A stretch of DNA of 64,000 nt. It comes from Bacteroidota bacterium (GTDB lineage Bacteria; Bacteroidota; Ignavibacteria; Kryptoniales; JAKASW01). Shown here one piece after another: positions 58,802 to 64,000 of the stretch. Position 1 is the stretch's first letter. Each line of letters begins with the position of its first letter. A program made the translations under genes and the position numbers. A model generated the notes under the pieces. The model saw nothing but the letters and a program-made list of their open reading frames with translations, was not told the origin of the DNA and ran no database searches. The stretch is from positions 5,979-69,978 of the forward strand of contig JAMCQL010000035.1 in the NCBI GenBank assembly GCA_023381615.1. Direction: 5' to 3'.

Positions 58802-59485
58802 ATGAGAATGAATCAATCAGACGACCACAGCCTTCAAAGACCAGATGATCTTAAGGTGAGTGAATGGCGCAAGACGGCCGCCTTGAAAAGACGCGCATCT
58901 TCACGCAGGGCGATATTGAAAGCCGCACGCGAAATATTCACCGAGGCGGACTACGAGTCGGTTACCGTGGACGAGATCGCCCGTAAAGCTAAGGTAGGCC
59001 CTGCTACCATCTACAATCATTTTGGAACAAAGGCCGCTTTGATAGCCCACCTGTTTGAAGAACCTATGAGAGAATTGGAGAAGCATGTTCTAAGCGATAT
59101 AGACGCAGACCTTACTTTGGATGAGGCTGTTCATCGACACTTCCTCCGATTATCCGGGACGATGTCACCGAACAGGAAGTTGGTAATTGGATTGTGGAAG
59201 GCGATAAATGAGACTGGTCTCTCAACGAAACAATCTAACACCGCGGAAGACCCACGAAATATAGTTCCACTTCCTCGCCCTTTGACGACACTCCTGCAGT
59301 CGTTCACGATGAAGCATGACTTGAAGCTAAACCTTGACCTTGCTGGTGCAGCGGCAATGGTGACGAACGCTTTCCTCATCCGCATTTTGCGCAACGACGA
59401 CCCACAGGCAGCGGCTAAAGAAACGGCAGATCTCCTCCTGTACGGAGTTTGCGGCAGGGCTACAAAAGTTGTACATGTCCCGTGA
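58802..59485 (+). CDS. TetR-family transcriptional regulator
   Basis: N-terminal HTH RRAILKAAREIFTEADYESVTVDEIARKAKVGPATIYNHFGTKAALI. Confidence 0.85.
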   Translation: MRMNQSDDHSLQRPDDLKVSEWRKTAALKRRASSRRAILKAAREIFTEADYESVTVDEIARKAKVGPATIYNHFGTKAALIAHLFEEPMRELEKHVLSDIDADLTLDEAVHRHFLRLSGTMSPNRKLVIGLWKAINETGLSTKQSNTAEDPRNIVPLPRPLTTLLQSFTMKHDLKLNLDLAGAAAMVTNAFLIRILRNDDPQAAAKETADLLLYGVCGRATKVVHVP

Positions 59486-59520
59486 CGGGACACCACGACA
59501 GATGAAAATGTGGCGTGAGG

Positions 59521-59588
59521 CAGGTGACCGTCACTTCTATGTCAGATTGTCAGTGGATTGCAATGTTTACGCAAGTGACGGTCACCTG
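59521..59588. repeat. Perfect 16-bp inverted repeat (CAGGTGACCGTCACTT / AAGTGACGGTCACCTG) with a 36-nt spacer; each arm contains the palindrome GTGACnGTCAC
   Basis: Read directly: 59521-59536 is the exact reverse complement of 59573-59588. A third GTGACGG copy overlaps the TetR stop codon (59481-59487). Confidence 0.8.
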
Positions 59589-59624
59589 AACGTTTAGGTA
59601 TCTCCGGGAGGCGTGTATCGTCTC

Positions 59625-59876
59625 TCGGAGGTACAAAAAGGAATGTCGGAGTGTCCTTCTTGACCCGCCGAGATTCAAGCGGGTACCTCGGAGAGTCCTC
59701 TTTGATTCCCGGAGGTTCAGAAAGGTATCAAAAAGAGTCTTCTTTGATACTCAGAGATTCAAAGAGGTATGTCGGAGAGTCTCCTTTGACTCTTGGATAC
59801 TCAAAGAGGTATCTCAGAGTGTCCTCTTTGACTCTCGAAGAGTCAACGAGGGGGGTCGAGGGGCTTAGATTCGCTC
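59625..59876. repeat. Six tandem 42-bp units, each an imperfect hairpin (TCAAAGAGG...CCTCTTTGA), with TC(G/A)GAG recurring every 21 bp
   Basis: Units start at 59625, 59667, 59709, 59751, 59793 and 59835. Consensus is TCGGAG-aTTCAAAGAGGTATg-TCGGAG-aGTCCTCTTTGActc. The last unit is degenerate. Confidence 0.85.
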
Positions 59877-60284
59877 AAAAAGGGCATATAGTGATTTTGG
59901 TGAGATTTACACGGTTTTTCGGTCCTCGCGCTCGGCTTGCTAAGCCGCAGGTTGTCCTGGCAAGGTCGGGATCCTTCGAAGCGTCAAACATATCCCAGCT
60001 TGTGGCGAGGTTGAACAAGATGGGTTGGGTTTTTCCCGGGGGCAGGATGCGACGCGGTTGCACTTGAGAAGTGAAGAAATAACTTTCGGAGAAAAATGGG
60101 CGGCGTCCGGAAAGGAGAAAATGAAGTTATGTCGTATGATATTTCATTTCGGGAGGATGAACACCGTGATGCATGAAGCAGACCGCGAAACTGTTGACAT
60201 TATCCTGAGACAAGTTTAAATTCCTGCAAGATGACAAAGGGCGGAATGAGATCATCCGTAGGATCCTATGGATCGGAGGGAGAC

Positions 60285-60872
60285 ATGAGTGAGAGGTCAG
60301 GAAAGCTGCTCGATGTTCTACAACAGGAATTGAGATTGAGAAATTACAGTCCGAAGACTATCAAGGCATACAAGAGTTGCGTGCGGACTTTTATCCGATG
60401 GATAGCGCCCCGGCATCCTCGTGATCTTGGGGATTACGAAATAAGGGACGTGTTTACGGAAATGCTCGACTCCTATCAACGGTCTCCTGCCGGACTCAAC
60501 CAATTGATCAATGCACTTCGTTTTCTGTATGTTGAACTATATCAAAGGCCAATGAGATTAGGGACATTTCAACGACCGAGGGCTGAGAAGAAACTCCCTG
60601 TGATACTAAGTGAAGAAGAAGTGATCCGTTTACTGGAAGTAATAAAAAACGTCAAACATAAAACAATCCTTATGCTGATCTACTCGGGCGGTTTGCGAGT
60701 GGGTGAGGCTGTTCGCATCAAGATCGCAGATATTGACAGCGACAGAATGCTCATTCACATTCATGAAGGGAAAGGAAAGAAGGATCGATATACCCTTATA
60801 ACTGGCTTGAAGGAACTCCGTAAAGGAGGTAGTGAAAGGGAAGTGTTTAAAAGAAGTGGAGGTGGAGGATGA
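60285..60872 (+). pseudogene. C-terminally truncated IntI-like (integron-integrase-type) tyrosine recombinase
   Basis: N-terminal SAM-like domain LRLRNYSPKTIKAYKSCVRTFIRW, first catalytic Arg in YSGGLRVGEA and beta-hairpin Lys in GKGKKDRYTL. After that the frame degenerates and stops. The H-x-x-R, His/Trp and Tyr catalytic residues are absent from all frames downstream. Confidence 0.6.
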
Positions 60873-60915
60873 GAGAGGTTCTTGAAAGCTTAGCGGAGAT
60901 CCACTCGACCACGCC

Positions 60916-61055
60916 ACATAACAGATGGAACAAAGACGCTCAATTATTGAATATGTGGAATTCGCTTCATGGCGTTTGGCAATATAGAAGGAGAAGACTT
61001 AGAGGTAAGTTCCATGATGCCAAACGCCTCGACTTTGTTCCATCATACGTTATGC
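60916..61055 (+). other. attC-like recombination site 1
   Basis: R'' ACATAAC (60916-60922) and R' GTTATGC (61049-61055). Inner arms AGATGGAACAAAG / CTTTGTTCCATCAT. Internal stem GGCGTTTGGC / GCCAAACGCC. Conserved core TCGCTTCATGGCG. Confidence 0.65.
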
Positions 61056-61129
61056 GAAAGCTGGGCGTGAGGTCTGACTGTTTATTGTTCACCTTACGTT
61101 GCTGTCGATAAGGAGAAAGGGCAATTGAA

Positions 61130-61717
61130 ATGAGCACAAATCCAACATCCGCAGAGTCAATTTCAAGGAGGCAAGGGACAAAGTCTCTCAACATAGCAAG
61201 TCCCCACCCAATACCTTCAAAGCTGTTTTCAAACTGTTATAGTCTAGTCCAAGTGACTCACGCGAAGTTCGGCCTTCTGGCACTTGACTCAAGGCTCGCA
61301 ACCAAAGAGAGTTTGGTGGCAATTGCCCTAATGGAAAGAACTAGAGAGGCCATGGTTAACGCTGGCGCTGAGTATAAGCTCAGGATTATACTTGTATTTG
61401 CTGATATTGCTGTTATCGTCACTGCTTTTGTTTTCAGTTGGTGGATAGTGTTGCTGCTCCCCATCTTGCTCGTGACACAAAGAGGGACTAAGGTCAATGA
61501 ACTCAATCATAGATTCTACGCTTCTGCGTCGCTCCTATCTCTAGAAGTGCTCGCCAATGATTTTGCTGGTTGGGGTACTGCCTATCCTGAAGAACGAGCT
61601 CGAGCAGTTGCAATTCTCGGTGGTGAGCCTATCCCCCCAACGACTTGGCTAGACCTGTATTTAGCACGTCGGGACCAAGTGCCACCCTCCGAACAGAAGA
61701 AGAGCTTTGGTCCATAG
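61130..61717 (+). CDS. Cassette A ORF1: hypothetical protein with a central hydrophobic hairpin
   Basis: An AAGGAG is upstream. The TM stretch is LRIILVFADIAVIVTAFVFSWWIVLLLPILLV. I recognise no family. Its 3' end overlaps the next reading frame at a C6 tract. Confidence 0.5.
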   Translation: MSTNPTSAESISRRQGTKSLNIASPHPIPSKLFSNCYSLVQVTHAKFGLLALDSRLATKESLVAIALMERTREAMVNAGAEYKLRIILVFADIAVIVTAFVFSWWIVLLLPILLVTQRGTKVNELNHRFYASASLLSLEVLANDFAGWGTAYPEERARAVAILGGEPIPPTTWLDLYLARRDQVPPSEQKKSFGP

Positions 61718-61752
61718 ACGATTCTCAACCCTACAATGCCTGGTGTGACGAC

Positions 61753-62352
61753 ATGGACATTCACGACTATATTTTGGCTACCATTCCAGCTGAAATCGAC
61801 GATCAAGATAATTTCATTACCATAGCAAATTATGAAGGAATGCTGGCGGCTAAAGACAAGATTGCGATTGCCCAGATGATTTACCATCGCTTTCATGGAC
61901 GTTACGTAAAGCCATTTTTGTTTGAGAATGAAGAGTACAGGAAACGTTATAAGAGCGGTTTTGCGATGATGGCATCCGCTTGTTTCCTCATAGAGTCGTT
62001 AGAATCCTTCTATCACGGTTGGGAACACACACGAAATCGCGGGGAAGAAGCTTTTGAGAAGTTCTTCAATAGAGAATTCGCTTTCAAAGGCGTTCCCCCC
62101 AAGGACTTCTATAAAAATATTCGTTGTGGTATTTTACATCAGGCGGAGACAACAGGCGGGTTCAGAATCCTAAGGAAGGGTGTTCTCTTCGACCCAGAGA
62201 ACAGGATAGTCAATGCTGAAAAATTCCTGGAAGCACTTGAGGAGTCGCTGAGGGCATATAGGCAGAAGTTGTTGGAGTCTGAATGGGACGATAAGATTTG
62301 GGACAATCTGAGGGTAAAGATGCGATATATAATAGAGCATTGTCGTGGATAG
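61753..62352 (+). CDS. Cassette A ORF2: hypothetical soluble protein with an R-x4-H motif (possible HEPN-like)
   Basis: The open frame runs from 61627 (TTG at 61645, first ATG at 61753). The predicted helical protein carries NIRCGILHQAE at aa 122-132 counted from the ATG. Confidence 0.5.
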   Translation: MDIHDYILATIPAEIDDQDNFITIANYEGMLAAKDKIAIAQMIYHRFHGRYVKPFLFENEEYRKRYKSGFAMMASACFLIESLESFYHGWEHTRNRGEEAFEKFFNREFAFKGVPPKDFYKNIRCGILHQAETTGGFRILRKGVLFDPENRIVNAEKFLEALEESLRAYRQKLLESEWDDKIWDNLRVKMRYIIEHCRG

Positions 62353-62369
62353 TGTTACGCCCAGCCAGC

Positions 62370-62489
62370 GCATAACACGCCGGACAAAGACGCTCGTCAT
62401 TTGTATATATCGAAATCGCTTCATGGCGCGCTCAAACAGTACCCCAGCAAAGGATGCGCGCCACGACTTTGTCCGGCGGGACGTTATGC
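62370..62489 (+). other. attC-like recombination site 2
   Basis: R'' GCATAAC (62370-62376) and R' GTTATGC (62483-62489). Inner arms CGCCGGACAAAG / CTTTGTCCGGCG with extra unpaired bases on the right arm. Internal stem TGGCGCGC / GCGCGCCA. Core TCGCTTCATGGCG. Confidence 0.7.
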
Positions 62490-62516
62490 GAAATGTGCTA
62501 CTAAGGAGATTAGCGA

Positions 62517-63077
62517 ATGGCCAACTACGGTGAAGAATTAGGATATTGGTACCTGAGGCTTAATGGATTCTTTCCGATCACAAACTTCGTTTTTCATTCA
62601 CTAAGCAGTGAAACCCGCAAAGCTCGTTATAACGCAGACGCTGACTTATTAGCGATTCGACCGCCTAATGTTTCTGAGGTATTAATGGAGGAAACACTGA
62701 AATGGGACGACAAAATAATATCCGACCATGACCAGTCTAAGTTTGTGTTTGTTTACTGCGAAGTAAAAACTGGAGAATACGATGCATCTAAGTTGTTTGC
62801 AGAAGAAAGGATCCAGTACGCCAAGAAAAGATTCGGGCTATCTGCAGATTATAGTAGCGTCGAGCGCGTTTTCAAGACGATCCTGATCGCAAATGAAGAG
62901 AAGCCCAACAACTTGAATCGATTTAAGTTTATATCTGTGGACCATATCATTGAATTTATTCGAAGTAGATTCCAAGATTATGACGAAGTAAAGTATCCAT
63001 CAAGAATGTTTTTCGATTCGTCATTAATACAGTTCTTAATTCATGAAGCAAGGAAAAAGCGTCGGAGCCGTGATTGA
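62517..63077 (+). CDS. Cassette B ORF1: PD-(D/E)xK nuclease-fold protein (YraN/restriction-endonuclease-like core)
   Basis: AAGGAG lies 8 nt upstream. The ordered motifs are GEELGYWYLRLNGF, DADLLAI and VFVYCEVKTG (E ... D ... E-x-K). Confidence 0.55.
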   Translation: MANYGEELGYWYLRLNGFFPITNFVFHSLSSETRKARYNADADLLAIRPPNVSEVLMEETLKWDDKIISDHDQSKFVFVYCEVKTGEYDASKLFAEERIQYAKKRFGLSADYSSVERVFKTILIANEEKPNNLNRFKFISVDHIIEFIRSRFQDYDEVKYPSRMFFDSSLIQFLIHEARKKRRSRD

Positions 63078-63125
63078 TGATGGACACATAATGCAATGAC
63101 TAACTCTGATTAAGGATGTTATAGC

Positions 63126-63713
63126 ATGTTTAGCTTGTTCAAAAGGAGAATCAAAATCGATGAGTTGGCGTCATATCTAATTGAACTTAATGTTTTCTCC
63201 AAAAAGCACGAAGAATTACTTCGTGCTTCACTTGGGGACGACACTCAACTTGATCGAAAACGTGTCTTAGAGGAAATGCAGTGGCTTAGTGCTTTCTCTG
63301 TTGATTTTTTTACGTGGTGGATACTCGGCGAGACGGATCGGACGAGGGCTGTACTCGACTCGTTTTACTCCAAACTGAAACCAGTAGTTTACGGAAGAGG
63401 CTGTAGTCCCACTCCAGACCGAACTTGGGTATTGGGGCACACGTGGTTGCCAACAAATGAGAAATTTGAAGCTCGGGCAGGGGTGGGAACAGACCCGTAC
63501 GAAAACCTAAAAGAGAGATTCGCCCTTTATACTGAAGCACTAAGAACAGGCAAACCTCATTCTCAAGAGATAAATCACTTTCAGGTAGGATTCACATTTG
63601 CAAAGCTGTGTGGGACGATTGATATACTGGCTGTCCAACTGGGTCAAAATCTTCTATTGACAAATCTCAAACAGCTTAAGTGGCTATTCAACACCTTCAA
63701 GATAGTACGTTAG
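63126..63713 (+). CDS. Cassette B ORF2: hypothetical 195-aa protein
   Basis: AAGGA lies 9 nt upstream. It starts 48 nt after ORF1 with no attC between them. I recognise no family. Confidence 0.5.
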   Translation: MFSLFKRRIKIDELASYLIELNVFSKKHEELLRASLGDDTQLDRKRVLEEMQWLSAFSVDFFTWWILGETDRTRAVLDSFYSKLKPVVYGRGCSPTPDRTWVLGHTWLPTNEKFEARAGVGTDPYENLKERFALYTEALRTGKPHSQEINHFQVGFTFAKLCGTIDILAVQLGQNLLLTNLKQLKWLFNTFKIVR

Positions 63714-63746
63714 GAAAGACTACTAGATCAATGTGTAGCACACTTC

Positions 63747-63862
63747 GCATAACAACGAGAACCATGACGCTCGATTATTCTATACTATCGATCTCGCTTC
63801 ATGCCGCGCACATAGGAGGCTGCAAGGAGCGCGCCACGACTTTGTTCCATCATACGTTAGCC
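63747..63862 (+). other. attC-like recombination site 3 (arms poorly complementary)
   Basis: R'' GCATAAC (63747-63753) and R' GTTAGCC (63856-63862). Core TCGCTTCATGCCG. The right arm GACTTTGTTCCATCATACGTTA is identical to that of site 1, but the left arm AACGAGAACCATG does not pair with it. Confidence 0.5.
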
Positions 63863-63907
63863 GCAAGCACGCAACCACGATATTCTAAACGTTGAAGGAG
63901 TAAAATT

Positions 63908-64000
63908 ATGCAGACCATTTCTATTATCAATTACAAGGGTGGAGTAGGCAAGACAACGATAAGCGCGAACCTTGCTGCCGAACTTGCCTTTCGTGGTAAG
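63908..64000 (+). CDS. Cassette C: ParA/MinD-type ATPase, N-terminal fragment (runs off the window)
   Basis: AAGGAG lies 7 nt upstream. MQTISIINYKGGVGKTTISANLAAELAFRGK contains the deviant Walker A KGGVGKT. Confidence 0.7.
   Translation, partial: MQTISIINYKGGVGKTTISANLAAELAFRGK

Larger units (their letters stand above)
60285..64000 (+). mobile_element. Degenerate integron / attC cassette array (continues past the window end)
   Basis: A recombinase remnant plus three attC-like sites punctuate + strand ORFs. Confidence 0.65.

Noticed and set aside
59625-59876. Possible CRISPR array
   Set aside because: The repeat units are directly contiguous with no unique spacers, the copies are degenerate, and no cas genes are present.
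59651-60067. 138-aa ORF whose product shows a 14-aa periodic repeat (..SKRYVGESPLTLGYSKRYLRVSSLTLEE..)
   Set aside because: The periodicity is the translation of the 42-bp DNA hairpin repeat. There is no SD, the start codon is non-ATG, and the remainder of the ORF has no protein-like features. I treat it as non-coding.
59870-60284. Possible structured RNA or tRNA-like integration target upstream of the recombinase (local hairpins such as CGGCTTGCTAAGCCG and GGGAT...ATCCC)
   Set aside because: I could not build a cloverleaf or find a T-loop (GTTCGAATC-type) motif. The isolated short hairpins are not evidence on their own, so the region is left unannotated.
60869-61111. 80-aa ORF downstream of the truncated recombinase
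   Set aside because: It is almost entirely made of attC site 1 sequence, including both cores and the conserved centre. It lacks an SD and does not continue the recombinase homology.

Overview
The window has three blocks.

(1) 1-14504, minus strand: one long chemotaxis operon. In transcription order it encodes a pseudo-receiver, a periplasmic-binding-like protein, an MCP, CheW, two tandem MCP paralogues, a DUF342/FapA-like protein, a HEAT-repeat protein, CheR, two CheY-type receivers, a CheZ-like phosphatase, a CheA without a P2 domain, and the first 12 codons of a probable CheB.

(2) 14887-54611, plus strand: an almost complete flagellar super-operon. Its first part follows the fla/che gene order known from Firmicutes, Spirochaetes and Thermotogae (flgBC-fliEFGHIJ-ylxF-like-fliK-flgD-flgE-flbD-fliLMNOPQR-flhBAFG-fliA). 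It continues with rod, L-ring, P-ring and hook-junction genes (flgFGAHIJ, flgN, flgKL), motAB, fliW-csrA, two receiver proteins and a GT2-TPR glycosyltransferase, so the host is a diderm flagellate. A regulatory insert sits directly after fliA: an HDOD-sigma70 region 4 fusion, a plain HDOD protein, a GAF histidine kinase and a membrane protein. No flagellin, fliD, fliS or flgM is present.

(3) 54794-57931 holds housekeeping genes (hbd, ackA, BtpA family). An accessory region follows at 57932-64000. It contains about 870 bp of non-coding DNA, a TetR regulator, a perfect 16-bp inverted repeat, six tandem 42-bp hairpin units with TCGGAG every 21 bp, and a C-terminally truncated IntI-like tyrosine recombinase. 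In the same orientation come three attC-like sites delimiting two ~1.4 kb two-ORF cassettes of unknown function (TM protein + R-x4-H protein; PD-(D/E)xK nuclease-like + unknown) and the start of a ParA-like cassette.

The integron cassettes are my best candidates for an undescribed system, possibly defence or abortive-infection modules. The other leads are the HDOD-sigma region 4 fusion and the GGA-rich hairpin array in a genome that also encodes CsrA. I recognised no rRNA, tRNA or CRISPR array. All domain calls come from reading the translated ORFs by eye; none has been verified by a database search.
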